Shown: positions 1 through 11,585, counted from the first letter of the stretch. The stretch: 36,212 nt of DNA from a bacterium (GCA_004298725.1 SCQA01000228.1:1-36212), one strand, 5' to 3'. Notes: generated by a model not told the origin, from the sequence alone. Made by a program: numbers and translations.

Positions 1-2
1 CT

Positions 3-332
3 CCGGCGCTTGATTTGAAAGGCCTGAGGCTTGATTTTGCAGAGCCTGATTTGAAAAGATTTCCGTGCCTTGCTCTCGCGTACGGCGCGCTTGAACGCGG
101 AGGCGCGGCGCCCGCCATGTTAAACGCCGCCGATGAAGTCGCGGTTGAGGCATTTTTAAAAGGGGTAATAGGTTTTACCGGCATACATCGCGTGATAGCC
201 GGCGTGCTTGACGCGGTCGGGGAAAGGGGCGTGGCAGAAGACGTTCAGGATATAGTCGAGGCCGACTTGGCGGCGAGAAAGAAGGCAGTGGATATAATAA
301 AGGCTACCTCTGAAAAGCGTTATTTCTCCTGA
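3..332 (+). CDS. dxr: 1-deoxy-D-xylulose-5-phosphate reductoisomerase, C-terminal fragment (5' end outside window)
   Basis: The frame is open from the window edge. The translation [38 protein letters not shown] fits the conserved Dxr C-terminal domain (FPCL...GG..P..LNAANE.AV..FL). rseP follows, as in the common dxr-rseP arrangement. The last ~9 codons and the stop lie inside the repeat at 302-440. Confidence 0.9.
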   Translation, partial: PALDLKGLRLDFAEPDLKRFPCLALAYGALERGGAAPAMLNAADEVAVEAFLKGVIGFTGIHRVIAGVLDAVGERGVAEDVQDIVEADLAARKKAVDIIKATSEKRYFS

Positions 333-440
333 TTTCTTTGTTAGGCAAAAATAAAAATGCTCGCAATTCGCGCATATGCGCCGCTTTTTATTTTTGCCTT
401 GCCTCGATCTCGGAAGAAATTTCTAAATTTCAGAGGCACC
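302..440 (+). mobile_element. Family-1 palindromic MITE-like repeat, copy 1
   Basis: Aligns over its length with 18913-19042, 23993-24132 and the reverse complement of 24694-24832. The termini GGCTACCTCTGAAA / TTTCAGAGGCACC are inverted repeats, and the inner arms GGCAAAAATAAAAA / TTTTTATTTTTGCC are perfectly complementary. The left end overlaps the dxr 3' codons. Confidence 0.75.
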
Positions 441-507
441 CTGAAATCTTTAACCCGCGCGAGCGGTTTTGCAAACTACAATTGAAAGGTCTTAAAAATA
501 TCACAAC

Positions 508-1809
508 ATGATAACCGTTATTTCGTTCATCGTTGTTCTCGGCGTGCTTATATTCATTCATGAGCTTGGCCACTTTGCCGTGGCTAAAATAAAGGGCGTA
601 GGGGTTGAAAAGTTTTCCCTCGGTTTCGGCCCCAAGATTATCGGCATAAAAAAAGGCGAAACAGAATATCTTTTATCGCTCTTGCCGCTTGGCGGGTACG
701 TGAAGATGACCGGCGAATCGCCGGGCGAGGACGTATCGCCGGCTGAGATGAATAAGTCGTTCGCTAAAAAACCCGTCTCAACCCGAGCGGCCATAGTTGC
801 CGCCGGGCCGATTATGAATCTTATCCTCTCTCTATTGCTATTTCCGCTGATATTTATGATAGGCGTGCAGGTTCCGTCGTACCTTGATCGCAAGGTTGAG
901 GTAGGTTATGTCGCGCCTTCAGCCGCGGCGCAAAAAGCAGGGCTTAAAAAAGGCGACGTAATAACGTCTGTTGATTCCAAACAGGTATCGTCGTGGGAGC
1001 AGTTTCTTGAGGTCGCCGACTCGGACAAGCCGTTAAAGCTTGGCGTGACGCGCGCGCAGGAGAAGCTGGATATTACGCTCGCTCCGGCGTTTTCAAGAGA
1101 CACGGGCGAGGGGGCAACCGGCATGTACCCGGTAATGCCGGCGGTTATCGGCGATTTGAGCGAAGGTTATCCGGCAAAAGAGGCAGGGCTAAAAGCAGGC
1201 GATTTGATTTTAAGCGTTGACGGAGTTCCGGTAACTCACTGGGCGGAGCTTGAGGGGATAATACACAAAAACGGCGCGAAGAAGGTCTTTTTAATAAGCA
1301 GAGGCGATAAGACTTTCGCAGTGGAGATAACGCCTAAACATAATAAAGAAGCGAATGTTTATCTCATAGGCGTAGCGCGTAAGGTTGAAAACGTAACGCG
1401 GCGTTACGGCGTTATAGAAGCTATTCCAAAGGGCTTTGTGGCGGGCGTTGACATGGCTGGACGGCTGTTTATGGTGATTAAAGGGCTTGTCGGCGGCAAA
1501 TATTCGTTAAAGGCTCTTGGCGGGCCTATAATGATAGCCCAGTACGCGGGCAAGGCGGCAAAATCAGGCCTTGTGGACGTTCTTACTCTTGTGGCTTTTT
1601 TGAGTTTGCAACTCGGCATAATAAATCTCTTTCCGATACCGGTGCTCGACGGAGGTCATATACTCTTTTTCGGCATCGAGCTGATAAAGGGAAGACCGCT
1701 TAGCGAGCGTTTTATGGGTGTGGCACAACAGATAGGCATCGTGCTTCTTGTGATGCTGATGTTGCTTGTCACGTATAACGATATATTCCGGATTATCGGC
1801 AAGTTGTAG
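508..1809 (+). CDS. rseP: RIP (site-2) zinc metalloprotease RseP
   Basis: 433-aa ORF with an HELGH zinc motif in the first TM segment (IHELGHFAVAK), a PDZ-like central region and the C-terminal PIPVLDGGHILF motif. It sits directly after dxr. Confidence 0.92.
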   Translation: MITVISFIVVLGVLIFIHELGHFAVAKIKGVGVEKFSLGFGPKIIGIKKGETEYLLSLLPLGGYVKMTGESPGEDVSPAEMNKSFAKKPVSTRAAIVAAGPIMNLILSLLLFPLIFMIGVQVPSYLDRKVEVGYVAPSAAAQKAGLKKGDVITSVDSKQVSSWEQFLEVADSDKPLKLGVTRAQEKLDITLAPAFSRDTGEGATGMYPVMPAVIGDLSEGYPAKEAGLKAGDLILSVDGVPVTHWAELEGIIHKNGAKKVFLISRGDKTFAVEITPKHNKEANVYLIGVARKVENVTRRYGVIEAIPKGFVAGVDMAGRLFMVIKGLVGGKYSLKALGGPIMIAQYAGKAAKSGLVDVLTLVAFLSLQLGIINLFPIPVLDGGHILFFGIELIKGRPLSERFMGVAQQIGIVLLVMLMLLVTYNDIFRIIGKL

Positions 1810-1828
1810 CCTCTAACCGGAGCTGGCT

Positions 1829-2554
1829 GTGAAGATACTCGCCGTTGATACCTCGGAAAAATCCGCAAGCATTGCACTGCTCGATTCGGAGCGCGTAGTG
1901 GCCGAGGCCTCAGCCTTTTCAGGCGGGGCTAACGCGGTTGTTCATTCCGTGTGGCTAATGCCGAACATCCATGCTCTTTTAAAAGAGCATGGAGTTAGCG
2001 TAAAGAATATTGACATTTTCGCGGTTGTAAACGGCCCCGGCTCGTTTACCGGACTTCGCATCGGCATTAGCGCTGTTAAAGGCATGGCATGGGCGCTTGA
2101 CAAACGAGTATTCGGAGTATCTTCGCTTTCCGCTCTTGCGTTAAACGCGCGTTTATCAAAAATGCCGGTTTGCGCACTGATTGACGCGCACAAAGGTGAG
2201 GTTTATGCCGCGCTTTATTCTTTTGAAGGTGAAAGCGTTGTCCGGCTTATTGATTCAGCCGCGTTCTTGCCGTGCGACCTTATAGCCGCGCTACAAGCAA
2301 AGCTTGGTAAGGAAGGGCAAGCCGTATTCCTTGGTAGCGGCCTTATAAAACACTCCGAAGAGATTAAAAACAGCTTTAAAGGCGCTATTATTGCGCCGGA
2401 AGACGATTGGCGGATAAAGGCCGAATGTGTCGGTCGCATCGCGCTAAAGATGTTTTTATCCGGCGAAGAACCAACGGACGTTTTAGGGCTTAAACCCTTG
2501 TATTTAAGAAGACCGGAGGGCGACTATAAGCCTTTGACAAAGATAATAACTTAA
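1829..2554 (+). CDS. tsaB: tRNA threonylcarbamoyladenosine biosynthesis protein TsaB (YeaZ family)
   Basis: 241 aa. The N-terminus MKILAVDTS...ASIALL and the GPGSFTGLRIG motif are typical of TsaB. GTG start 6 nt after GGAG. Confidence 0.88.
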   Translation: MKILAVDTSEKSASIALLDSERVVAEASAFSGGANAVVHSVWLMPNIHALLKEHGVSVKNIDIFAVVNGPGSFTGLRIGISAVKGMAWALDKRVFGVSSLSALALNARLSKMPVCALIDAHKGEVYAALYSFEGESVVRLIDSAAFLPCDLIAALQAKLGKEGQAVFLGSGLIKHSEEIKNSFKGAIIAPEDDWRIKAECVGRIALKMFLSGEEPTDVLGLKPLYLRRPEGDYKPLTKIIT

Positions 2555-2614
2555 AGCCTGTGTTTTGCGGTTTTTAGTAGTGTAATCATACGTAAATAAG
2601 TTCAAAAAGGCATA

Positions 2615-2643
2615 TTGACAAGCAATTTATACTGCGTTAAGAT
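2615..2643 (+). promoter_or_regulatory. Candidate sigma70 promoter for the DUF465-ilv gene string
   Basis: TTGACA (2615-2620), a 17-nt spacer, then TAAGAT (2638-2643), about 115 nt upstream of the first ORF of the plus-strand ilv string. Confidence 0.5.
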
Positions 2644-2757
2644 GAAATTGGTTTATCTTGTTGAAAAACCTTGTAAATCCATTACCTTTTAAGGAGGTCT
2701 GGGCGCAGGCGCGACTTTAGTGAACACCATAAAAACCTAAGTTTAAGAGGAGGCTTT

Positions 2758-2976
2758 ATGGCACTTGAGACTGAAGAGCTTGTAAAGAGGCTGATTACTG
2801 AAGATCCGATATTCAGGCAGAGCTACGACGCGCACAGGGAGTACGAAAAAAGGGTTTCAAAGCTTGAAAAAAAACCTGTTTTGACGGCTGACGAAATATT
2901 CGAAAAGGCTAAGCTGAAGAAGGCCAAGCTTACCTTGAAAGACGAAATGCAAAGGATACTTGCCAAGCATCTGTAG
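2758..2976 (+). CDS. Small DUF465/YdcH-like protein
   Basis: 72-aa ORF with a strong SD (AGAGGAGG) just upstream. The charged helical sequence with LKKAKLTLKDEM resembles the DUF465 signature. Confidence 0.7.
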   Translation: MALETEELVKRLITEDPIFRQSYDAHREYEKRVSKLEKKPVLTADEIFEKAKLKKAKLTLKDEMQRILAKHL

Positions 2977-3006
2977 CGGTTAAAAAGGCGGCAATACAAC
3001 AGCGAC

Positions 3007-4665
3007 ATGAAACAGAGAAGCGATAGGATGAAAAAAGGCCTTGAGAGGGTTCCTCACAGGGCCTTGCTTTACGCTACGGGCATACCGCGTGGCGAAGTTA
3101 AAAAACCGTTTATCGGCGTCGCGTCAAGTTTTACCGACCTCATACCCGGTCACGTCGGCATGAGGGAGCTTGAGCGTTTTATAGAAAAAGGCGTCCATAC
3201 CGGAGGCGGTTATCCGTTCATCTTCGGTCTGCCTGGCGTTTGCGACGGCATGGCCATGGGGCACAGGGGGATGCACTATTCGCTTCCTTCAAGGGAGTTA
3301 ATTGCCGACTTGATTGAAAGCGTTGCCGAAGCCCATGCGCTTGACGGTTTGGTGTTGCTCACCAACTGCGACAAAATTACCCCGGGCATGTTAATGGCCG
3401 CGGCAAGGCTTGACATACCGGCAATCGTCGTAACCGCCGGCCCTATGATGACAGGCCGTTACAGGGGCAGGAAGCTCTCTTTCATACGCAATACGTTCGA
3501 GGCCATGGGCAAGTTCCGGGCCGATGAAATATCAAAAAAAGAGCTTGATTCGTGTGAAATGGGCGCTTGCCCGGGTGCGGGAAGCTGTCAGGGCCTTTAT
3601 ACGGCAAACACCATGAACTGCCTGACCGAGGCCATGGGCATGAGCCTGCCGCTTTGCGGAACCGCGTTCGCTAATTCTGCGGAAAAAAAGAGAATCGCTT
3701 TTGACAGCGGCGAAAGGATTGTCGAGCTTATAAGAAAAGACATAACGCCGAGAAAGATACTCACAAGGGCGGCTTTTGAAAACGCCGTGCGTTCTGATCT
3801 CGCTCTTGGAGGCTCTTCAAACACGGTTTTGCACCTTTTGGCGATAGCGCATGAAGCGGGCGTAAAGCTTCCGCTTGAAACATTCGATATATTAAGCAAG
3901 ACTACGCCGCACATAACCTCGCTTGAACCGGTCGGCGACCATTATTTGGAAGATTTCCACTGGGCAGGCGGCATTCCGGCTCTTTTTGTGCGGCTTAAAG
4001 ATTCGATAAAAGACAACCCTACCGTTTCCGGCAAAAGGGTGCGGCAGATAATAGAAAGCGTCGAATACATAGACGACAACGTTATCCGTCCACTCGATAA
4101 GGCGTACCACGCCGAGGGCGGCATAGCTATTTTAAAAGGCAACATCGCTCCGCTTGGCGCGGTTGTAAAGCAGTCCGGCGTGAGCGAAGGCATGATGCGT
4201 TTTACAGGCAAGGCCCGCGTATTCGACAGCGAAGAAGACGCCATGAAGGCGATACTCGCCAAAAAGATAGTAAAGGGCGATTGCGTGGTTATAAGGTACG
4301 AAGGCCCTAAAGGCGGCCCCGGCATGAGAGAGATGCTCGCGCCGACCGCAACGCTTATGGGTATGGGCCTTGGCGAGTCCGTAGCGCTTATTACGGACGG
4401 CAGATTTTCAGGTGGTACGCGCGGGCCGTGCATAGGGCATATTTCACCGGAGGCAATGGAAGGCGGCCCCATAGCCTTTATAAAAGAGGGCGACGAAATA
4501 GAGCTTGATATTCACGCAAGACTGCTTGAGTTGAAGGTAACGGATGAAGAGCTTGGCAGGCGCAAGAAGGCGTGGAAACAGCCTGAGCCGAAGATAACAA
4601 AGGGCTGGCTTTCCCGTTACGCGCGCGTCGTGACAAGCGCTAATACCGGCGCTGTTTTGAAGTAG
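3007..4665 (+). CDS. ilvD: Dihydroxy-acid dehydratase
   Basis: 552 aa with IlvD/Edd family motifs [31 protein letters not shown] and [12 protein letters not shown]. Confidence 0.95.
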   Translation: MKQRSDRMKKGLERVPHRALLYATGIPRGEVKKPFIGVASSFTDLIPGHVGMRELERFIEKGVHTGGGYPFIFGLPGVCDGMAMGHRGMHYSLPSRELIADLIESVAEAHALDGLVLLTNCDKITPGMLMAAARLDIPAIVVTAGPMMTGRYRGRKLSFIRNTFEAMGKFRADEISKKELDSCEMGACPGAGSCQGLYTANTMNCLTEAMGMSLPLCGTAFANSAEKKRIAFDSGERIVELIRKDITPRKILTRAAFENAVRSDLALGGSSNTVLHLLAIAHEAGVKLPLETFDILSKTTPHITSLEPVGDHYLEDFHWAGGIPALFVRLKDSIKDNPTVSGKRVRQIIESVEYIDDNVIRPLDKAYHAEGGIAILKGNIAPLGAVVKQSGVSEGMMRFTGKARVFDSEEDAMKAILAKKIVKGDCVVIRYEGPKGGPGMREMLAPTATLMGMGLGESVALITDGRFSGGTRGPCIGHISPEAMEGGPIAFIKEGDEIELDIHARLLELKVTDEELGRRKKAWKQPEPKITKGWLSRYARVVTSANTGAVLK

Positions 4666-4844
4666 GTTTCAAAAATTGTTATCGGTTAAGCGGTTAACGA
4701 CTATCTGTTACCGGTAAACGGTTATCAGGATTTGAGAGATTTGTTTTCGTAGAAAAGGGCATTCAGACCTGTTAAAAAATAAAACTGACAATTTTGATAT
4801 CAGTTACCGGTTTGAAGATATAAATCAGGGGCAAGACAAAGAAC

Positions 4845-6551
4845 ATGAAAAAGACAGAAAAAAACGGCGCGGAAATTTTCATAGAGTGTCTTCTTAAGGA
4901 AGGCGTTGATACCGTCTTCGGCTTTCCCGGTGGCGCGGTGCTTCCTATATACGACGCGTTATATGACGCTCCATTAAAGCATATACTCGTAAGGCACGAG
5001 CAGGGCGCGGTGCACATGGCGGACGGTTACGCGCGCGCAAACGGCAGGCCGGGCGTAGTTATTGTCACGTCAGGCCCGGGTGCAACGAACACGGTTACCG
5101 GCATAGCTACGGCGTATATGGATTCGATACCTATGGTAGTATTTACCGGTCAGGTGCCTACCGCGCTTATAGGTAATGACGCGTTTCAGGAGGCCGACAT
5201 AGTCGGCATTACAAGGCCTTGCACAAAGCACAACTACCTTGTAAAGGATATAAAAGATTTGCAGCGGATTATAAAAGAGGCGTTTTTCATAGCCACCACA
5301 GGCAGGCCCGGCCCGGTGCTTGTTGATATGCCAAAGGACGTGCTTACGGCAAAGGTGGAATTTGACTACCCGGAAAAGGTAGAACTTGACAGCTACCAGC
5401 CCACTTACAAAGGGCACCCCGGGCAGATACAAAAGGCCGTGTCGCTTATTCTTGCGTCAAAGAGGCCGGTTGTGTACGCCGGAGGCGGGGTTGTGCTTTC
5501 CAACGCGTCCGATGATTTAAGAGCTGTTGTTGAAAAACTCGGCATACCCACAACGACTACGCTTATGGGCCTTGGCGCGTTTCCGGGCACTCATCCGCTC
5601 TTCATGGGTATGCTCGGAATGCACGGAACTTTTTCGGCCAACATGGCTGTAACCAACACGGACTGCCTTATCGCCATAGGCGCGCGTTTTGACGACCGCG
5701 TTACCGGCAAGATTGACGAGTTCGCGCCGTACGCGGATATAATACATATTGACATTGATCCTACTTCCATCAGCAAAAACGTCAAGGTGGACGTGCCCAT
5801 AGTCGGCGACGTTAAGGTGGTTTTAAAGGATATGCTAAAGGCGCTTCCGGCGCAGAAAGCCATATCTGCGTTTAAGAAAGAGACCGAAGAGTGGCTGGCC
5901 CAGGTTGACGCGTGGGCAAAGACACACAAGCTTTCGTACAAGCAGGAGGAAGGCGGCAAGATAAAACCGCAGATGGTCATTGAAAAGCTCTATCACGCTA
6001 CAAAGGGCGACGCGATAATCACCACCGAGGTCGGTCAGAACCAGATGTGGGCCGCGCAATTTTTCAAGTACGACAAGCCGAGGACGTTTATAACCTCCGG
6101 CGGCCTTGGCACAATGGGTTTTGGTTTTCCCGCGGCCATAGGCGCGCAACTTGCTTTTCCTGGCAAAACTGTCGTTGACATCGCAGGAGACGGCTCGATA
6201 CAGATGAACATTCAGGAGCTTGCCACGGCGGTGCAGTACAAGCTTCCGGTTAAAGTGTTTATACTTAATAACATGGTGCTGGGCATGGTTAGGCAGTGGC
6301 AGGAGTTTTTTTACAATAAAAGGTATTCGCACACGTGCATGTCGGTCCAGCCGGATTTTGTAAAACTTGCCGAGGCTTACGGCGCCGTGGGGCTGTGCGC
6401 GCGCACTCCGGCGGAGGTTGAGCCCGTTATAAAAGAGGCTTTAAAAGTGAAGGACAAGCCTGTGCTCGTTGACTTCAAGGTTGACCCTTTTGAAGACGTC
6501 TACCCGATGGTTCCGGCCGGACAGCCGCTAAATAAGATGCTTCTTGTATAG
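4845..6551 (+). CDS. ilvB: Acetolactate synthase (acetohydroxy-acid synthase) large subunit
   Basis: 568 aa, a ThDP enzyme with motifs [33 protein letters not shown] and [12 protein letters not shown]. Confidence 0.95.
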   Translation: MKKTEKNGAEIFIECLLKEGVDTVFGFPGGAVLPIYDALYDAPLKHILVRHEQGAVHMADGYARANGRPGVVIVTSGPGATNTVTGIATAYMDSIPMVVFTGQVPTALIGNDAFQEADIVGITRPCTKHNYLVKDIKDLQRIIKEAFFIATTGRPGPVLVDMPKDVLTAKVEFDYPEKVELDSYQPTYKGHPGQIQKAVSLILASKRPVVYAGGGVVLSNASDDLRAVVEKLGIPTTTTLMGLGAFPGTHPLFMGMLGMHGTFSANMAVTNTDCLIAIGARFDDRVTGKIDEFAPYADIIHIDIDPTSISKNVKVDVPIVGDVKVVLKDMLKALPAQKAISAFKKETEEWLAQVDAWAKTHKLSYKQEEGGKIKPQMVIEKLYHATKGDAIITTEVGQNQMWAAQFFKYDKPRTFITSGGLGTMGFGFPAAIGAQLAFPGKTVVDIAGDGSIQMNIQELATAVQYKLPVKVFILNNMVLGMVRQWQEFFYNKRYSHTCMSVQPDFVKLAEAYGAVGLCARTPAEVEPVIKEALKVKDKPVLVDFKVDPFEDVYPMVPAGQPLNKMLLV

Positions 6552-6602
6552 ATATATTTCCCCGTGAACTTCGCCTGCCGTATACTTACACGGCAGTATT
6601 AA

Positions 6603-6763
6603 GGAAGGTCTGATTAATTTCTTTTTTTCTCCTCTCCCCTTGCGGGAGAGGGTAGGGTGAGGGGTAAAGGTGAGGAAAGGACTGGTAACGGTTGCCGGAA
6701 AAGACATCTCAGAATTGATACCCGATGCCTTTTGATTGCTGAAAGGAATTAATCAGAGGTTTC
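6603..6763 (+). mobile_element. Family-2 MITE-like repeat, copy A (flanked by TTAA at 6599-6602 and 6764-6767)
   Basis: About 150 of 169 positions (flanks included) are identical to 33546-33713 by hand alignment. Terminal inverted repeats are GGAAGGTCTGATTAAT / ATTAATCAGAGGTTTC. The interior carries the hairpin TCTCCTCTCCCC..GGGAGAGGGTAGGGTGAGGGG. Confidence 0.75.
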
Positions 6764-6801
6764 TTAAGATTTAAGTTGCGTGCGCGGGAACGGAGGTAAT
6801 A

Positions 6802-7287
6802 GTGCGTCATACAATATCAGTGCTTGTTGCAAATGAATTCGGGGTGCTTTCACGCATAGCCGGGCTTTTTTCAGGCAGGGGTTTTAATATTGAGAGCCTC
6901 TGCGTGGCTGAAACCTTAGACCCTAAAATATCGAGAATGACGATAGTCACCACCGGCGACGACAGCGTCCTTGAGCAGATAAGCAAGCACCTTAATAAGC
7001 TTATAAGCGTGATAAAGGTGCACGATTTCACCGAAGAAGAGCACATAGAGCGCGAGCTTGCCCTTATAAAAATCACGGCTAATTCCGAAAACAGGGCGGA
7101 GATACTGAGTATAGTTGATATATTCAGGGCAAAGGTAGTTGACGTAAGCCCGAGGACGTACACCGTGGAAATTACCGGCGACGGCGAGAAGATTCGCGCC
7201 ATAGTCGAGCTTATGAGGCCGTTTGGCATTAAAGAGATAGTCCGCACCGGACGCATTGCAATGGCAAGAAGCGCAAAACAAAAATAA
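6802..7287 (+). CDS. ilvN: Acetolactate synthase small (regulatory) subunit
   Basis: 161 aa. The N-terminal ACT domain HTISVLVANEFGVLSRIAGLFSGRGFNIESL is typical of AHAS small subunits. GTG start 5 nt after GGAGG. Confidence 0.9.
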   Translation: MRHTISVLVANEFGVLSRIAGLFSGRGFNIESLCVAETLDPKISRMTIVTTGDDSVLEQISKHLNKLISVIKVHDFTEEEHIERELALIKITANSENRAEILSIVDIFRAKVVDVSPRTYTVEITGDGEKIRAIVELMRPFGIKEIVRTGRIAMARSAKQK

Positions 7288-8334
<1,047 letters not shown>

Positions 8335-8593
8335 GCAAGCTAATGTTTTAGCTGTGCGTGGCGGGCAATGCCCTGCATTACAAAAGTTAGCGGATGCTTT
8401 GGCTGGCTGTGCCAGCCCTGCTAAACTGCGATGAATTTGCCGTGCCGTCAGGAGTTTACTCCTGACGGCAATCAATAATATTCGTTTAATAGTGCGGTGG
8501 GGTGGCTTGTCCGCCAATCACTCTGGGCGCGGCCCGCGTAATGCAACGTAGAATGTGTTTGCTAAGCGTTAACATCTAAGAGAGGGCTTTACG

Positions 8594-9232
8594 TTGGGCA
8601 TACCTATAGCTAAAGAAGGCTGGCCGTTCATACTCATCGCGCTCGGCATTACCGCCATTGTTTTTTATTTTAACGGCAACGTAGCCGTGCGCGTGTTTTT
8701 TGTGCTTTTGGCGGTCTTTGTAATAGCTTTTTTCAGGGACCCCGAACGCATAGTGCCTTCCGGCAACGATACGTTAGTCAGCCCGGCTGATGGCAAGATT
8801 ATAAAGATTGAAAATGTTTTCGAAGAGAGGCTTTTAAAGTCGGAAGCCGTCAAGATAAGCATCTTCATGAATGTTTTTAACGTCCATGTAAACAGGGCGC
8901 CTGCTTCCTGTAAGGTTTTGAAGATACTTTATAACCCGGGCAAGTTTTTGTCGGCGAACCTTGATAAGGCGTCGCTTGAAAACGAGCAGAACGCGGTGCT
9001 TGCCGAGAGCCTCTCAGGCAGAAAGTTTGTCTTCAACCAGATTGCCGGCTTGATAGCAAGACGCATTGTCTGCCGCGTGTCGGAGGGGGCGAGGCTGAAT
9101 AAGGGCGAAAGGTTCGGGCTTATAAGGTTCGGCTCAAGGGTGGACGTTTATTTGCCCAAAGGCACGGCTGTCAGCGTTAAGCTTGGCGACAAGGTCACGG
9201 CCGGGGTAAGCGTTATAGCGCGCTGGAGTTAG
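8594..9232 (+). CDS. psd: Phosphatidylserine decarboxylase, short (archaetidylserine-decarboxylase-like) type
   Basis: 212 aa with N-terminal TM segments, FMNVFNVHVNRAP and a C-terminal IRFGSRVD (GS self-cleavage-type motif). TTG start after GAGAGGG. Adjacent to pssA. Confidence 0.8.
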   Translation: MGIPIAKEGWPFILIALGITAIVFYFNGNVAVRVFFVLLAVFVIAFFRDPERIVPSGNDTLVSPADGKIIKIENVFEERLLKSEAVKISIFMNVFNVHVNRAPASCKVLKILYNPGKFLSANLDKASLENEQNAVLAESLSGRKFVFNQIAGLIARRIVCRVSEGARLNKGERFGLIRFGSRVDVYLPKGTAVSVKLGDKVTAGVSVIARWS

Positions 9233-9258
9233 CCCGGAGCTTTTAACGGAGTGTACAG

Positions 9259-10050
9259 ATGATGCTCGACGATGACTTGAATAAGCGGGAAGAAGCCGCG
9301 AAAAAGATAAAAAAAGGCGTTTATATCCTGCCTAACCTTATAACGTCGGCAAGCCTCTTCGGGGGTTTCTATTCGATAGTGGCAAGCCTTGACGGCCATT
9401 ATGAAAAGGCGGCTATAGCCATATTAATATCCGGCATACTCGACGGCCTTGACGGAAGAATTGCGCGGCTTACAGGCTCAAGCAGTAAGTTCGGCGTTGA
9501 GTATGACTCCCTTGCCGACCTCCTTGCCTTCGGCCTTGCCCCGGGCATATTGATATTTACTTGGGCATTAAGGCCGTTTGGAAGGTACGGGTGGCTTGCG
9601 GCGTTTCTTTTCGTGGTGTGCGGGGCGCTACGCCTCGCGCGCTTCAACGTGCAGATAACTACCATTGAGAGCAAGCGTTTTAACGGCCTGCCCATACCGG
9701 CCGCGGCGGCGCTTGTGGCGACAACCGTGCTGATGTTTTTTCACATAGGCAAGGGCGAGGAGATAGTAAAGCACATAGCGGTACTTTTGCTTATCTATCT
9801 GCTCGCGTTTTTGATGATAAGCAACGTCAAGTTCTACAGCTTTAAAGAATTAAACATGGGTAAGCGGATGCCTTTCAGGCTTCTTGTGGGCTTGGTTTTT
9901 CTGCTTATAGCCATCGCGGCCGAGCCGGTGGTGCTGTTATTTATATTGTCGCTTGGTTACGTGGTTTCCGGCCCCATTACAACTATATTAGACAGGCGCA
10001 AAAGATTGCCGGTTAAAATACCGGACGCGCCGGTTAGAAAAAACAAATGA
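9259..10050 (+). CDS. pssA: CDP-diacylglycerol--serine O-phosphatidyltransferase
   Basis: 263-aa multi-TM protein with the CDP-alcohol phosphatidyltransferase motif [26 protein letters not shown]. Confidence 0.85.
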   Translation: MMLDDDLNKREEAAKKIKKGVYILPNLITSASLFGGFYSIVASLDGHYEKAAIAILISGILDGLDGRIARLTGSSSKFGVEYDSLADLLAFGLAPGILIFTWALRPFGRYGWLAAFLFVVCGALRLARFNVQITTIESKRFNGLPIPAAAALVATTVLMFFHIGKGEEIVKHIAVLLLIYLLAFLMISNVKFYSFKELNMGKRMPFRLLVGLVFLLIAIAAEPVVLLFILSLGYVVSGPITTILDRRKRLPVKIPDAPVRKNK

Positions 10051-11585
10051 ACAACAGAGTAAAAATATTCGACACTACGCTCAGGGACGGCGAACAGTCA
10101 CCGGGCGCTTCGATGAACGTGGAAGAAAAAATAATGGTGGCGAGGGCGCTTGCCAAGCTCGGCGTTGACGTTATAGAGGCCGGTTTTGCCTATAGTTCGC
10201 CCGGCGACTTTGACGCCGTAAGGCGCATAGCGCATGAGGTAGACGGCCCCATAATTTGCAGTCTTGCGCGCGCAAAGGCCGAGGATATTGACGCGGCGCA
10301 CGAGGCGTTAAAGGGCGCCCCGAGGGTTCGCATACATACGTTCATTTCAACGTCCGACATACACTTAAAGCATCAGTTCAAGCTTACAAGAGACGAAGCT
10401 AAAAAGCGCGCCGTTGAAATGGTAAAAAGGGCGCGCTCTTACGTGGACGACGTCGAATTTTCTCCCATGGATGCCTCACGAAGCGAAGCGGCTTACCTTT
10501 ATGAAGTAATTGAGGCCGTTATAGACGCGGGCGCGTCAACCGTAAACATACCTGATACCGTCGGTTATGCCCTGCCGGATACCTTCGGCGCGCTTATAAA
10601 AGGCATTAAGGAAAACGTCCGCAATATCAATAAGGCGGTAATTTCAGTGCATTGCCACAACGACCTCGGCCTTGCCACGGCCAATTCCATCGCGGCGGTT
10701 GTAAACGGCGCGAGGCAGGTTGAGTGCACGATAAACGGCATCGGCGAAAGGGCGGGGAACGCCTCGCTTGAAGAAGTGGTTATGATACTTGCCGTAAGAA
10801 AGGACGTGCTCGGCTTTGAAACGTCAATAAACACCAAAGAGATATTTCCGGCGTCGCGCCTTGTCAGCGGAATAACCGGCATATCGGTTCAACCTAACAA
10901 GGCCATAGTCGGGGATAACGCCTTCGCGCATGAATCCGGTATACATCAGGACGGGTTGTTAAAAGATAAAGACACTTATGAAATAATGCGCCCTGAGTCA
11001 GTAGGCATATCGCGCTCAACGCTTGTTTTGGGCAAGCACTCCGGCAGGCACGCTTTCAAGGCGCGGCTTCACGACCTTGGCTATGAAATAACCGGAGACG
11101 ACCTTGACAAGGCCTTTGAACGGTTTAAGAAGGTTGCCGATAAAAAGAAGGAAGTTTTTGACGAAGACATCGAGGCGATAGTACAGGACGAAATTTTACG
11201 CCTTGATATGCCGGAGAGGTTTAAGCTTATAAGCCTTAACGTGCAAAGCGGCACTGAAACTCAGCCCTCCGCGAGCGTAGTAATCGAGGCGGACGGCGTA
11301 ACTCTTAAAGAGAGCGTCTCAGGCGACGGACCGGTTGACGCGGCTTTCAAAGCCATCGCAAAACTTACCGGCGCCACCAGCAAGCTTTTGAAGTATTCAG
11401 TCAACGCTATAACAGGCGGCACGGACGCTCAGGGCGAGGTAACGGTGAGGCTTTCCGAGCACGGGCATATAGTGCTTGGGCAAGGTTCTCATACCGATAT
11501 AATAGTGGCGAGCGCAAAGGCGTATATAAACGCTCTTAACAGGCTTGAGTTCAAGAAAAAGGTTAAGAGGGAAGGTCTCGTCTGA
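10047..11585 (+). CDS. leuA: 2-isopropylmalate synthase (citramalate synthase cannot be excluded)
   Basis: 512 aa with [27 protein letters not shown] and a C-terminal LeuA-type regulatory domain. Its start overlaps the pssA stop (ATGA). Confidence 0.87.
   Translation: MNNRVKIFDTTLRDGEQSPGASMNVEEKIMVARALAKLGVDVIEAGFAYSSPGDFDAVRRIAHEVDGPIICSLARAKAEDIDAAHEALKGAPRVRIHTFISTSDIHLKHQFKLTRDEAKKRAVEMVKRARSYVDDVEFSPMDASRSEAAYLYEVIEAVIDAGASTVNIPDTVGYALPDTFGALIKGIKENVRNINKAVISVHCHNDLGLATANSIAAVVNGARQVECTINGIGERAGNASLEEVVMILAVRKDVLGFETSINTKEIFPASRLVSGITGISVQPNKAIVGDNAFAHESGIHQDGLLKDKDTYEIMRPESVGISRSTLVLGKHSGRHAFKARLHDLGYEITGDDLDKAFERFKKVADKKKEVFDEDIEAIVQDEILRLDMPERFKLISLNVQSGTETQPSASVVIEADGVTLKESVSGDGPVDAAFKAIAKLTGATSKLLKYSVNAITGGTDAQGEVTVRLSEHGHIVLGQGSHTDIIVASAKAYINALNRLEFKKKVKREGLV

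Noticed and set aside
2720-2740. A six-codon mini-ORF (VNTIKT) after a first AAGGAGG upstream of the DUF465 gene, considered as an ilv leader peptide.
   Set aside because: The spacing from the SD is too long (about 22 nt). It has only one Ile and no Val/Leu run, and no attenuator hairpins follow it.
8368-8424. An 18-codon Cys-rich mini-ORF (MPCITKVSGCFGWLCQPC) in the ilvC-psd spacer.
   Set aside because: It has no SD, and the cysteine codons arise from the GC-rich hairpin arms (GGCTGG/CCAGCC). It is most likely a by-product of RNA or DNA structure.
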